From: an uncultured Muribaculaceae bacterium
GTDB taxonomy: Bacteria > Bacillota_I > Bacilli_A > RF39 > UBA660
DNA: 64,000 nucleotides
Reading direction: 5' to 3'
Assembly (NCBI GenBank): GCA_964587565.1
Contig: CAZPLK010000004.1
Location: 4,220 to 68,219, forward strand
A program made the translations under genes and the position numbers. Positions 1 through 12,314 of the stretch are shown in pieces; the stretch's first letter is position 1; each line of letters opens with the position of its first letter. Under the pieces are notes generated by a model that saw only the letters and a program-made list of their open reading frames with translations, was not told where the DNA came from and did no database searches.

Positions 1-590
1 ACTTTTCGTTCTTCAATAGCCCTTTCTAAAGTTAAAAAATCAATATACTCCATATCTGTACCATGTGGAATTCCTTGTGCAATTTTTGTAATCTTAACAT
101 TTATTTTTTCCAACATTTTTGATATATACAAAGTAGTTGTTTCACCTTCTATGCTTTGTTTTAATACAATAATAACTTCTTTTACATTATTGGTAATAAT
201 TCGTTGTTTTATTGTTGATATATTTATATCTGATGGGTTTACACCATCAATTGGTGATATTAATTTATCAATTACATGGTATTGACCATTATATACTTTT
301 GTTTTTTCCATCATTATTACATTTTTAGGTTCTTGAACTATACATATTGTTTCTTTTGAGCGGTTTTCATCTAAACAAATTTCACATTTTTCATTTTCAG
401 TAAAATTGTTACAAACTTTACATCTATGTATTTTATATTTTACATCTAAAATTGAAGTGGAAAATAGCTTAATAATTTCCTCATCTAAATTCAAAGTAGC
501 CAAAGATAAGCGTTCAGCTGTTTTTTCTCCTATACCGGGTAATTTTTTATAACATTCTATTAAATTATTTATACTTTTGGGATAATTCAT
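1..590 (-). CDS. recR: Recombination protein RecR (C-terminal few residues run off the window edge)
   Basis: Own minus-strand translation from ATG at 590: MNYPKSINNLIECYKKLPGIGEKTAERL... with a C4 zinc finger (CKVC...CEIC). TAATG overlap with the ebfC stop. Conserved dnaX-ebfC-recR order. Confidence 0.9.
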   Translation of the reverse strand, partial: MNYPKSINNLIECYKKLPGIGEKTAERLSLATLNLDEEIIKLFSTSILDVKYKIHRCKVCNNFTENEKCEICLDENRSKETICIVQEPKNVIMMEKTKVYNGQYHVIDKLISPIDGVNPSDINISTIKQRIITNNVKEVIIVLKQSIEGETTTLYISKMLEKINVKITKIAQGIPHGTDMEYIDFLTLERAIEERK

Positions 591-886
591 TAAAATATAC
601 CTGGCATTCCACTAGTAAATTTACCCAACTTTTTTTCGGTTTCTTCGTCTATTTGGTTTAAAACATCATTTATTGCCACTAAGAACATATCTTCTAGCAT
701 TTCAATATCATCTTTTTCAATATTATCTAAATTAATAGAAACTTTTTTTACTGTTTTATCACCACTCATTTCTACTTGAACTTCATTTAGTTTTGATTTA
801 AATATTGTTTCATCTATTTTTTGTTTTTCTTTCATCATATCGTTTTGTAATTTTTGTACTTGTTTCATCATATTTTTCATATTCAT
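590..886 (-). CDS. ebfC: Nucleoid-associated protein YbaB/EbfC
   Basis: 98 aa, MMKQVQKLQ... ending in GMPGIF, typical of the family. Sits between dnaX and recR. Confidence 0.9.
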   Translation of the reverse strand: MNMKNMMKQVQKLQNDMMKEKQKIDETIFKSKLNEVQVEMSGDKTVKKVSINLDNIEKDDIEMLEDMFLVAINDVLNQIDEETEKKLGKFTSGMPGIF

Positions 887-901
887 ATTATTTTTCCTCT
901 C

Positions 902-2554
902 TTATTTATATTCAATTATGTTATCAAATAATTTATGTATTTTACTTTGATTATTTGATTTGTTTTTTTGTTTTTCAAGAAATTCTATTATATCCGTTGG
1001 TTCTGAAATTCTTTGATAATCTTTTTTTCTTGTTTTATAAGATTCCCTATATGTTCGCCATTCTTCTTCTGTTACGGAAATTACTTTGTATTTTTGTTTT
1101 AATATTTCAAGTAGAAATTGTTCTATATTTAAAATATTATCGTTAAATAGATCAGACATACTTTTACTTTTATATGTAAATACTATATTAGTATTATTAA
1201 CTGCTGTTATTTTTGAATCTAATATTAATGATGCCACTTTGCCGTATTGATTATTTAAAATATGCTTTCTAGCTATTCCAATATTTTTTCTAACATAATT
1301 TAAACTATCCCGACTCGGTTCTATAAGTGTGTTGTTGACACGTATTTTTTTTAACTGATCAATTTTTAGAGTATCATCTTCAATAACTTCAGGTTTGTTT
1401 TTTTGTTTTTCAACTACTTTTGTTTTGTGTTTTTTAACATCAATTTTATTGTTATTTAATGTTAAATCATTTACTTTTTCTTGTTTCATTATAGTACTAA
1501 CTAATCTAATCATAAGTAATTGAAACAACAATTTAGGATTTGAATAATTTTTCATATCGATTAGATGATTATTAATATTTTTGATTAATTTCATTATAAT
1601 TGAAGAATCTACTTCATCAATATACCCTTCATATATTTCCCAGGAAATATTTTCAACATTTTCTTTACTTATATTTTTAACAATAAGTATGTTTTTTAAA
1701 AATATAAGAAGTTCTTCAGTTAACTTTAAAAAATTCTTACCATTTTTATCATAATATTCAATTAATTCGTATGTATTTTCTAAATCACCGCTAATTATAT
1801 AATTTATTAATTTTTTTATTTTTTCCTGAGGTAAAGTCCCATTTAAATCATGTACATCATTTATTGTTATTTTGTCATCACTATAAATATGTGATTGTTC
1901 CAACAAATTAATAGCATCACGCATTCCACCTTGGGAAAAACGCACTATTTCAATTAATGCATCATTATCAATATTAATTTTTTCTTTTTCTGCTATATAT
2001 TTTAATCTTTCACTCATACTTTGTTCACTAATTCTTTTAAAATCAAATCTTAAACATCTTGAAAGTATTGTGTCTGGGATTTTATGTGGTTCTGTTGTAG
2101 CTAAAATAAAGATTACATGGGATGGTGGTTCTTCTAGTGTTTTTAACAATGCATTAAAAGCACCAGTTGTCAACATGTGAACTTCATCTACAATATATAC
2201 TTTATACTTGCTAATTGATGGTACTAAAGATACTTTATTACGTATTTCTCTTATTTCATCAACACCGTTATTTGACGCTGCGTCTATTTCAACAATATCT
2301 ACTGTCTTTTCCTCTTTTATTAGTGTACAACTAACACATTTATTACAAGGTTTTTTAACGCTTTCACAATTTACAGCCTTAGCGTATAATTTTGCAACAC
2401 TTGTTTTTCCTGTTCCTCTAGGGCCAGTAAATAAATAAGCGTGCGGTATTTGATTTGTTTTGAGCATGTTTTTTAATATAGTTATTATAATTTCCTGACC
2501 AACTACATCAGTAAATTGATTAGGTCTATACTTACGGTATAATGACTGGTACAT
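902..2554 (-). CDS. dnaX: DNA polymerase III subunit gamma/tau
   Basis: 550 aa. Walker A GPRGTGKTS, DEVHML, SRC motif, zinc module CxxCxxC. Synteny. Confidence 0.95.
   Translation of the reverse strand: MYQSLYRKYRPNQFTDVVGQEIIITILKNMLKTNQIPHAYLFTGPRGTGKTSVAKLYAKAVNCESVKKPCNKCVSCTLIKEEKTVDIVEIDAASNNGVDEIREIRNKVSLVPSISKYKVYIVDEVHMLTTGAFNALLKTLEEPPSHVIFILATTEPHKIPDTILSRCLRFDFKRISEQSMSERLKYIAEKEKINIDNDALIEIVRFSQGGMRDAINLLEQSHIYSDDKITINDVHDLNGTLPQEKIKKLINYIISGDLENTYELIEYYDKNGKNFLKLTEELLIFLKNILIVKNISKENVENISWEIYEGYIDEVDSSIIMKLIKNINNHLIDMKNYSNPKLLFQLLMIRLVSTIMKQEKVNDLTLNNNKIDVKKHKTKVVEKQKNKPEVIEDDTLKIDQLKKIRVNNTLIEPSRDSLNYVRKNIGIARKHILNNQYGKVASLILDSKITAVNNTNIVFTYKSKSMSDLFNDNILNIEQFLLEILKQKYKVISVTEEEWRTYRESYKTRKKDYQRISEPTDIIEFLEKQKNKSNNQSKIHKLFDNIIEYK
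1635..1648. promoter_or_regulatory. Noc-binding-site-like palindrome ATTTCCCAGGAAAT inside dnaX (13/14 to NBS consensus)
   Basis: One central mismatch to ATTTCCCGGGAAAT. The 19-nt segment 1633-1651 is identical to 18497-18515 in rsmG. Confidence 0.45.
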
Positions 2555-2601
2555 AAATCACCTCACTATATAATTATAACATTTTACAGAGATTTTTTAA
2601 A

Positions 2602-3048
2602 CTACCTTTTTTCCTCAAAAAACGTCTTTAACATCAGTTTATTTTCCTTTTCACTACACCCACCTAATTTCCTAACCTTAACTTTAGGATCATCAATAAA
2701 ATTAGAAAAACCATACTTAGGTGAATCCACAGCATACACTATTTCTTTTATTCTAGACTCAACTATTGCTCCATAACACATTAAACATGGTTCTAAAGTA
2801 ACGTATATCACACAACCATCTAATCTAGAACTTTTTAATTTTGCACAAGCCTTTTCTATCGCAACAATTTCAGCATGATGAAAAGAAACACAATTTTTAT
2901 ATTTTTCATTTTTACCTTTTGATATCACTTTTCCTCCTTTAATTATTACGGCTCCCACAGGTATATCACACTTTTTCATTTTACCTTCTTTGTTATTTTC
3001 TAAAATAATTTTCGCTTCATTTGTAGCCAACTCCATGTATTTAAACAT
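2602..3048 (-). CDS. tadA: tRNA-specific adenosine deaminase TadA
   Basis: HAE...PCLMC deaminase zinc motifs. Start moved to MFKYMEL (3048), which is preceded by AAGGAGGAAAAAA. The upstream ORF extension overlaps the ffs RNA. Confidence 0.9.
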   Translation of the reverse strand: MFKYMELATNEAKIILENNKEGKMKKCDIPVGAVIIKGGKVISKGKNEKYKNCVSFHHAEIVAIEKACAKLKSSRLDGCVIYVTLEPCLMCYGAIVESRIKEIVYAVDSPKYGFSNFIDDPKVKVRKLGGCSEKENKLMLKTFFEEKR

Positions 3049-3064
3049 TTTTTTCCTCCTTAAT

Positions 3065-3144
3065 AAAAAAACGCACACATACAGAGGGTTTTAAGGCTGC
3101 TGTCTTCCGACCCTGACCTAGTTCAACCATATATGTTGCGTCAC
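3065..3144 (-). ncRNA. ffs: Small (4.5S-type) signal recognition particle RNA
   Basis: The minus strand reads ...CUAGGUCAGGGUCGGAAGACAGCAGCCUUAA..., close to the SRP domain IV consensus (AGGUCAGGUCCGGAAGGAAGCAGCC) with a GGAA tetraloop. The 5' ACGCAACAUA pairs with the 3' UAUGUGUGCGU, followed by a U-run. Same tadA/ffs/dnaX neighbourhood as B. subtilis. Ends approximate. Confidence 0.8.
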
Positions 3145-3148
3145 TTAA

Positions 3149-3177
3149 ATAATATTATATCCTCAATATAATTGCAA
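3149..3177 (-). promoter_or_regulatory. Sigma-A type promoter for ffs (TTGCAA-N17-TATTAT)
   Basis: -35 at 3177-3172 and -10 at 3154-3149 on the minus strand. A G start lies about 6 nt downstream. Confidence 0.5.
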
Positions 3178-3256
3178 GTTTTTTTAACATTGATATCTCA
3201 AAACATTTCACTCAAAATATTAAATCGTGGTATTGCTCTATAATGTTGTTTTAAGT

Positions 3257-3272
3257 TGTTTCACACGGAACA
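3257..3272. promoter_or_regulatory. parS: Degenerate parS (TGTTTCACACGGAACA, 2 central mismatches)
   Basis: First unit of the array. Confidence 0.5.
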
Positions 3273-3296
3273 TTAGTTTGTGATATTGTTCTGTGA

Positions 3297-3312
3297 TGTT
3301 TCACGTGGAACA
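3297..3312. promoter_or_regulatory. parS: parS centromere site TGTTTCACGTGGAACA
   Basis: The reverse complement TGTTCCACGTGAAACA equals the Bacillus Spo0J/ParB parS consensus. Confidence 0.85.
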
Positions 3313-3336
3313 TTAGTCCGCGATGTTGTTTCAAGA

Positions 3337-3352
3337 TGTTTCACGTGGAACA
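3337..3352. promoter_or_regulatory. parS: parS centromere site TGTTTCACGTGGAACA
   Basis: Perfect consensus match, unit 3. Confidence 0.85.
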
Positions 3353-3376
3353 TTAATCTGTGATGTTGTTTCAAGA

Positions 3377-3392
3377 TGTTTCACGTGGAACA
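3377..3392. promoter_or_regulatory. parS: parS centromere site TGTTTCACGTGGAACA
   Basis: Perfect consensus match, unit 4. Confidence 0.85.
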
Positions 3393-3416
3393 TTAATCTG
3401 TGATATTGTTTCAAGA

Positions 3417-3432
3417 TGTTTCACGTGGAACA
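3417..3432. promoter_or_regulatory. parS: parS centromere site TGTTTCACGTGGAACA
   Basis: Perfect consensus match, unit 5. Lies 7 bp beyond the gyrA stop. Confidence 0.85.
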
Positions 3433-3438
3433 TTGTTT

Positions 3439-5895
3439 TTAACTGTTTGATTGATGTTCTTTGTGATCTTCGTTATTATCAGAATTTATTAGTGCTATTG
3501 AACTAACTGTTTGATCGTTTTTTAAGTTTATTAACTTTACACCTTGTGATACACGGCCAGTCTGTGAAATTTGTTCTGTAGGTATTTTTATAATTATACC
3601 TGAATCAGTAATTATCATTAAATTTTCTGAGTTATTAATTAATCTGAATGAAATTGGTTTACCATTTTTTTCAGTTATATTTAATGTTTTAACTCCTTTT
3701 GTGGCCCTATGTGTCGTTCTATATTCATTTATACTTGTTTTTTTACCATATCCTTTTTCTGTTACAACTAACACTAGTTCTTTGTCAGTTATAACTTCAC
3801 AACCAATACAATAACTATTTCCTATGTTTATTCCTCTGACTCCACTTGCTGTCCTTCCCATAACTCTAACTTCACTTTCATGAAATCTAATCATGCGTCC
3901 ATCAGATGTTGCTATCATTATTTCGTTTTCGCCTGATGTTTTTTTAACAGATATTAATTCGTCATTATCTTTAAGAGTAATTGCAATTTTTCCTGTTACT
4001 CTTATATTATTAAATTCACTAATTTTGGTTCGTTTTACTAATCCGTTTTGTGTACAGAATACAACATAATCTTTTTCTTCTTCTTCACCCATTTTTAATA
4101 ATACGGTAACCTTTTCGTCTTTATCTAATTGTAATAAATTTACAATTGGTATACCTTTCGATTGTCTACCAAAATGCGGAATAGTATATCCTTTACTTCT
4201 ATATACTTTTCCCTTATTAGTAAAGAATAATATATAATCGTGTGTTGTTAATGAAATTAAATTTTCTACAAAATCTTCTTCATTAATTCCCATTCCTCTT
4301 ACACCAACACCACCCCTATTTTGGGTTCGATACGTTTCTAAATCTACTCTTTTAATATATCCTTCACTAGTCATCGTTACAACAATATCCTCAACAGGTA
4401 TTAAAGATTCATCTTCTATGTATTCTATTGCAGTCATATCAATTGTAGTTCTTCGTTCATCACCATATTTATTTTTGATTTCTAATAATTCTTCTTTTAT
4501 TACATTTTTTATTTCTTCATCACTTGATAATATTAATTTTAATTGTGCAATTAATTCTTTTAGTTTTTCTAATTCATCTTCTATTTTTGCTCTTTCTATA
4601 CTAGATAATCTTCTTAATTTCATTTCTAATATAGCTTCTGATTGTATTTCAGTTAATTTATATTTTTCCGCAAATTTTATTTTAATTTCTTTTTCATTTT
4701 TTGATGTTTTAATTATTTGGATTATTTCATCAATATGATCTGTTGCTATTTTTAACCCTTCTAAAATATGAAATTGTTTTTCTGATCTATCTAAATCAAA
4801 TTTTGTTCTCCTATATATAACATTCATTTGATGTTCTAAATAGTATTTTAATATTTCTTTAAGTGGTAGTGTTCGAGGGCGACCATCTACTAACATTAAA
4901 AAATTAACACCTATTGATGTTTGCAATTGGGTATATTTATAAAGGTTGTTTAATACAACTTTAGGATTATAACCCTTTTTAACATCAATTACTATTTTTA
5001 TTCCCTCTAAAGCTGACTCATCAGTTAAGTTAGAAATTCCATCTATTTCTTTATCCCTTACTAACTCTGCTATTTTTTTGATTATATTAGTGTAATTAAT
5101 TTGATAAGGTATTTCCGTAATGATTAATTTTGATGAATCACCATGTTCTTCTATTTCTACTTTACCTCTAATTACAATAGTTCCCCTTCCAGTTTCATAA
5201 GCTTGTTTTATTCCACTGTTACCTAAAATTTTTCCACCAGTTGGAAAATCTGGTCCTTTTATATACAACATTAATTCTTCTAATGAAATTTCCTCATTAT
5301 CAATGTATTTTATTAAACCATCGATTGTTTCAGTTAAGTTGTGGGGAGGAATATTTGTAGCCATTCCAACAGCTATACCTATATTACCATTTACTAATAT
5401 ATTTGGATATCTCGAAGGTAACACTCTAGGCTCAACAGTTTCACCATCATAATTTGGAATGAAATCAACACTATTTTTATTGATATCTCTTAATAATTCA
5501 GCAGATATTTTTGATAATCGTGCTTCAGTATAACGAGATGCAGCAGGGCTTGAACCATCAGGAGCCCCGAAAGCTCCTTTACCATCTATTAATGGGTACC
5601 TATATGAAAAATCTTGTGCCATTCTTGCCATTGTATCATATATAGCAGCATCACCATGAGGGTGATATGCCATTACTTTACCACAAGTAGTTGCTGATTT
5701 TTTATATGTTTTATCGCTTGTTATACCTTCTTTAAAAAATGTATATAATATTCTTCGGTGAACTGGTTTTAAACCATCCCTAACATCCGGTATTGCCCTA
5801 GAAACAATAACACTCATTGAATAATCTAAAAACGAATTTTTAATTTCAGTAGATATATTAATATCTACTGTTTTATCTTTATCAATATATTCCAT
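3439..5895 (-). CDS. gyrA: DNA gyrase subunit A
   Basis: 818 aa. AAMRYTE-like ASRYTEARL active-site Tyr region, QRDR HPHGD, C-terminal beta-pinwheel repeats. Confidence 0.97.
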   Translation of the reverse strand: MEYIDKDKTVDINISTEIKNSFLDYSMSVIVSRAIPDVRDGLKPVHRRILYTFFKEGITSDKTYKKSATTCGKVMAYHPHGDAAIYDTMARMAQDFSYRYPLIDGKGAFGAPDGSSPAASRYTEARLSKISAELLRDINKNSVDFIPNYDGETVEPRVLPSRYPNILVNGNIGIAVGMATNIPPHNLTETIDGLIKYIDNEEISLEELMLYIKGPDFPTGGKILGNSGIKQAYETGRGTIVIRGKVEIEEHGDSSKLIITEIPYQINYTNIIKKIAELVRDKEIDGISNLTDESALEGIKIVIDVKKGYNPKVVLNNLYKYTQLQTSIGVNFLMLVDGRPRTLPLKEILKYYLEHQMNVIYRRTKFDLDRSEKQFHILEGLKIATDHIDEIIQIIKTSKNEKEIKIKFAEKYKLTEIQSEAILEMKLRRLSSIERAKIEDELEKLKELIAQLKLILSSDEEIKNVIKEELLEIKNKYGDERRTTIDMTAIEYIEDESLIPVEDIVVTMTSEGYIKRVDLETYRTQNRGGVGVRGMGINEEDFVENLISLTTHDYILFFTNKGKVYRSKGYTIPHFGRQSKGIPIVNLLQLDKDEKVTVLLKMGEEEEKDYVVFCTQNGLVKRTKISEFNNIRVTGKIAITLKDNDELISVKKTSGENEIMIATSDGRMIRFHESEVRVMGRTASGVRGINIGNSYCIGCEVITDKELVLVVTEKGYGKKTSINEYRTTHRATKGVKTLNITEKNGKPISFRLINNSENLMIITDSGIIIKIPTEQISQTGRVSQGVKLINLKNDQTVSSIALINSDNNEDHKEHQSNS

Positions 5896-5908
5896 ATATT
5901 ACACCACC

Positions 5909-8949
<3,041 letters not shown>

Positions 8950-9044
8950 TTTACCCTCTTTTCAATTTTTAATGTTATAATTGCTAATTAATTTAATAAT
9001 AGGTCCCCCTATACAGACATATATATTATAACACATTTCAATGC

Positions 9045-9078
9045 CAAAAAATTAAAAAAAGCGTTTTTAACGCTTTTC
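9045..9078 (-). terminator. Intrinsic terminator after the comK-like gene
   Basis: Stem AAAGCG/CGCTTT followed by a U-run on the minus strand. Overlaps the stop codon. Confidence 0.5.
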
Positions 9079-9525
9079 TTGAGTTTTTCTTTGTCTTAAA
9101 ATAGATTCTAATCTTGATGCTCTTAATATTTGATTTTCAAATGAGGAATATGAAATTGGAAATTTTAATGTTTTTCCATTTTTAAAAAATATAATTGTTT
9201 TATCATCAGATTTTTTATAATGTGAAATCTTATTTAATGAGATCCAAGAACATTCAGTTGAGCGAGCTGAACCTGTTGGAAAAAATATTATTTCACGAGT
9301 TTCCTCAATTATAATTGGACATTTGTATACCGTCCCGCCTAAAAATGTTTTGCTTCCTTCAAATCTTCCTAAATAAGAACTACCAAAATAACGACAACTA
9401 TCATCAATTATTTTAGGAGTAGTTCTATTTACGATAAAGCTACCTTCCTCTTCTATAATTTCACTTTTCGTATCATCAATTGCAAGCACTGCAATTGTTG
9501 AAGGATTGATTTCGTATTTCTTCAT
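9067..9525 (-). CDS. comK: ComK-family competence transcription factor homologue
   Basis: 152 aa. It aligns by eye along most of B. subtilis ComK (from memory): SCRYFGSSYLGR vs SCRFFGSSYAGR, FFPTGS vs LFPTLS, C.WIS, NGKTL.FPISYSSFENQ vs NGKTMELPISYNSFENQ. Own RBS AAGGAGGTG. Confidence 0.8.
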   Translation of the reverse strand: MKKYEINPSTIAVLAIDDTKSEIIEEEGSFIVNRTTPKIIDDSCRYFGSSYLGRFEGSKTFLGGTVYKCPIIIEETREIIFFPTGSARSTECSWISLNKISHYKKSDDKTIIFFKNGKTLKFPISYSSFENQILRASRLESILRQRKTQEKR

Positions 9526-9547
9526 TATTACACCTCCTTACTAATAT

Positions 9548-9569
9548 AATTCGCTAAATGTTGCGAATT
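9548..9569. promoter_or_regulatory. Perfect 7-bp inverted repeat AATTCGC-N8-GCGAATT in the comK-like 5' region
   Basis: A GC-containing palindrome in very AT-rich DNA, about 20 nt upstream of the RBS. It could be an operator or a leader hairpin. Confidence 0.3.
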
Positions 9570-9652
9570 TCCTTCTATATTACAACAGATTTTTAAATTT
9601 ACTGTTTTTTTGTTTAAAAATATAATATTAATGTTTAAAATACTTATTTTAA

Positions 9653-9680
9653 TAAAAAAAACACTTATAAAAAGTGTTTC
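9653..9680 (-). terminator. Intrinsic terminator after dnaN
   Basis: Minus strand reads GAAACACUUU-UUAU-AAGUGUUUUUUUU. Confidence 0.6.
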
Positions 9681-9690
9681 AGGCATTGGT

Positions 9691-10815
9691 TTAATATGTT
9701 CGGATTGGTAAAATTAGTTGAGTTAATGTTTCATCTGTGCCATTTTTTAAAATTATAGGTTTTAATTCACCATTTAAATATAAGTTAATAGTTGGTTCAT
9801 TCATTGATCTTAAAGCTTCCAACATATATTTTGATGAAAATGATATTGTCATATTCATATTATTTTCTTCAGTTAGTAATATTTGTTCTTCTACTTTACC
9901 AATTTCAGGAATGTTTGACAGTATTTTTATTAGGTTGTTTTTTAAATCTAATGTAATTATATGTTTATCGTGTTCGTTTGTTAAAAGTGAAGCCCTATCT
10001 ATAGAATTAAACAGCTCTTGTCTATTAATGTTTAATTTTATTTTATAATCATTTGGTATTAGTGCTGATGTATCTGGATAACTACCATTTATTAACCTTG
10101 ACATAAATTCAATATTATTAAACCTAAATATTACATTATTATTAAATATATGTAGTTCAATTTCTGTCTCGTCATCTTCAGTTATAATTTTATTTAATTC
10201 TTGAATATTTTTACTAGGTATAATTATATTTATTTCATTAGATACTTTGTTTTCTATTTGGATTTCTTTTGTTGATAACCTATACGAATCTGTTGCTGTA
10301 CATTTTAATACATTATCCTTAATATATATGTTTAAACCTGTCAATATTGGTCGCGATTCTTCCATTGAAGTTGCAAAAATGGTTTGATTAATTATATTTT
10401 TAAGTACTTTTTTGTTTATTTTTACTGGGTCTGTGTTTTCTTGTAAATCTAATATAGGAAAATCTTCCACTTTATTACAATTTAAGAAAAAAGAAGATTT
10501 ATTTGTATAAATATTAATCTTGTCTTCTAAAACTTCTTCAATAGTTATAGCTGTGTCTGGTAATTTTCTTATTATTTCATATAAATATTTCCCATAAACT
10601 ACAATAGTACCATAATTATTTACTTTCTTAATTTTTTCTTTAGGAATAAATGACTTTATTGCTATATCATTATTAGTGCTTAGCAAATAAAGTCCTTTTT
10701 CTGTTAAATCCATTTTTATACAATTTAATATAGGAATTAAATTTTTATTAGATATTCCTTTAATAACATTACTTAAATGTTCAATAATAACTTTTTGTTC
10801 TATTTCAAAATTCAT
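9691..10815 (-). CDS. dnaN: DNA polymerase III beta sliding clamp
   Basis: 374 aa, three-domain clamp pattern, ends LILPIRTY. Directly downstream of dnaA. Confidence 0.95.
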   Translation of the reverse strand: MNFEIEQKVIIEHLSNVIKGISNKNLIPILNCIKMDLTEKGLYLLSTNNDIAIKSFIPKEKIKKVNNYGTIVVYGKYLYEIIRKLPDTAITIEEVLEDKINIYTNKSSFFLNCNKVEDFPILDLQENTDPVKINKKVLKNIINQTIFATSMEESRPILTGLNIYIKDNVLKCTATDSYRLSTKEIQIENKVSNEINIIIPSKNIQELNKIITEDDETEIELHIFNNNVIFRFNNIEFMSRLINGSYPDTSALIPNDYKIKLNINRQELFNSIDRASLLTNEHDKHIITLDLKNNLIKILSNIPEIGKVEEQILLTEENNMNMTISFSSKYMLEALRSMNEPTINLYLNGELKPIILKNGTDETLTQLILPIRTY

Positions 10816-10964
10816 AAAAAATCACCTCTTGATATATTATTTTTAATTATTATTATTATTATAGTTGTGAATTGTGTGGATAACTTTAAAATGTATTGAA
10901 TAATAAGACTTAATGGAGGGTTTTAAAATGTGGATAACTCTTGTAAAATTTAATGTTATTCACA
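10816..10964. promoter_or_regulatory. oriC: oriC sub-region (dnaA-dnaN spacer): DnaA boxes plus trinucleotide tract and AT-rich unwinding candidate
   Basis: Perfect TGTGGATAA at 10875-10883 and 10929-10937. TTATTCACA at 10956-10964. Weak box at 10866-10874. (ATT)5, which is TAA x5 on the minus strand, at 10846-10863. AT-only stretch at 10831-10845. Confidence 0.8.
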
Positions 10965-12314
10965 TTATTGTAATTGTCCTATAATTTTGTTAATTTCTTT
11001 TTCAAGTTCATTATTAGTTTTTAATTCCCTTTTAATTTTATCAACTGAATGTATTACGGTTGTGTGATCTTTTCCGCCAAATAAAAGTCCTATTTTGGCT
11101 AATGGCTCATTATAAACAGTTCTACAAATATACATAGCAACTTGCCTAGGAACTGCAATTGCAGCAATTCTTCTTTTTCCTTTTAGATCTTCAACTGTTA
11201 TATTATATAAATTAGCAACTAAATTTTGTACATGTTCAATTTTATTTTTCACATCTATACAATTACCAAAATAATCTTTTAGTGCATCAATTGCTAAATT
11301 TAAAGTAATGTCGGAACCATTCATCATAGTTGCATAAGCTACAACCCTCGTAATAGCACCTTCTAATTTTCTAATATCGCCAACACAATTATTAGCAATA
11401 TATTCTTTCACATCTTGTGGAAAATTAGTTTGAAGTCCATTTCCTTCAATTTTTTTATTGATAATACCTAATCGAAGTTCAAAGTTTGGAGGCATAATAT
11501 CAACCATCAATCCCCAAGTAAACCTAGTTCTTAAACGATCTTCTAACTGTTTCAAATCATCTGGTGATCTATCCGAAGAAATAATTATTTGTTTATTATT
11601 AGTATGTAGTTCATTAAAAGTATTAAAAAATTCTTGTTGAGTTTTACTTGCAATTTCTAAATACTGAATATCATCAATCATTAAAATATCAATATTACGA
11701 TATTTATTTTTAAATTTTTCTACTTCCTTAAAGTTATTGTCAAATTTGTTTTTTCGGTATAATTCAATAAAATCATTAACAAATTGTTCACTAGTTACAT
11801 ATAAAACCTTTTTTTCACTATTTTGTACAATATAATTACCTATAGCATGCATTAAATGAGTTTTACCTAATCCACTTTTACTATATATAAATAATGGATT
11901 GTACATAACACCTGGTTTTTCTGCAACTGCTAAAGCTGTTGTTTTAGCAAATTTATTACTTTCCCCTACCACAAAATTTTCAAAAAGATAATTAGGATTT
12001 AAATTAGATCTAAATATATCGAAGTCTTCTTCAATAATATCTATCTCATCATCTTTCATTTTTTCAATTTCTTCTTCCGTTAAAAAATCAAAGTTAAAAT
12101 TAGAACCAGTTACTTCATTAAAAACATTATCAATTAAATTCCCGTAATTTTCCTTTAAATGTTTTTTATGTATAATCATAGGGACCATAATTATGGCTTT
12201 ATTATTTTCTAAAGAAATCAATTTTGTATCAGCAAACCATGCTTCAAATAACATTGGTGCTAAATTCAATTTCATTTTATCTAAAAATTTATCCCAAATA
12301 TTATTAATATCCAA
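10965..12314 (-). CDS. dnaA: Chromosomal replication initiator DnaA
   Basis: 449 aa. AAA+ GKSGLGKTHL, IDDIQ, C-terminal DnaA-box binding helix (DHTTVIHS). Confidence 0.97.
   Translation of the reverse strand: MDINNIWDKFLDKMKLNLAPMLFEAWFADTKLISLENNKAIIMVPMIIHKKHLKENYGNLIDNVFNEVTGSNFNFDFLTEEEIEKMKDDEIDIIEEDFDIFRSNLNPNYLFENFVVGESNKFAKTTALAVAEKPGVMYNPLFIYSKSGLGKTHLMHAIGNYIVQNSEKKVLYVTSEQFVNDFIELYRKNKFDNNFKEVEKFKNKYRNIDILMIDDIQYLEIASKTQQEFFNTFNELHTNNKQIIISSDRSPDDLKQLEDRLRTRFTWGLMVDIMPPNFELRLGIINKKIEGNGLQTNFPQDVKEYIANNCVGDIRKLEGAITRVVAYATMMNGSDITLNLAIDALKDYFGNCIDVKNKIEHVQNLVANLYNITVEDLKGKRRIAAIAVPRQVAMYICRTVYNEPLAKIGLLFGGKDHTTVIHSVDKIKRELKTNNELEKEINKIIGQLQ

Larger units (their letters stand above)
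3245..3435. repeat. Tandem array of five 40-bp units, each containing a parS site
   Basis: The core TCACGTGGAA recurs at 3261 (variant), 3301, 3341, 3381 and 3421, an exact 40-bp period. The spacers are also conserved. Confidence 0.95.

Noticed and set aside
805-1146. Numerous 60-180-aa ORFs in the six-frame track lie antisense to or out of frame with large genes. Examples are 805-1146, 4418-4738, 15276-15710, 18369-19114, 26298-26546, 37800-38204, 46763-47182, 53349-53897 and 58846-59232.
   Set aside because: They sit entirely inside well-supported conserved genes. Their composition is F/I/L/S-rich and low-complexity, as expected from the reverse strand of AT-rich coding DNA. They lack RBSs. 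I treat them as artefacts.
3245-3435. The regular 40-bp repeat pattern could be read as a small CRISPR array.
   Set aside because: The 'spacers' are essentially identical from unit to unit, so this is a plain tandem repeat. No cas genes or leader are present, and the repeated core is an exact parS consensus.
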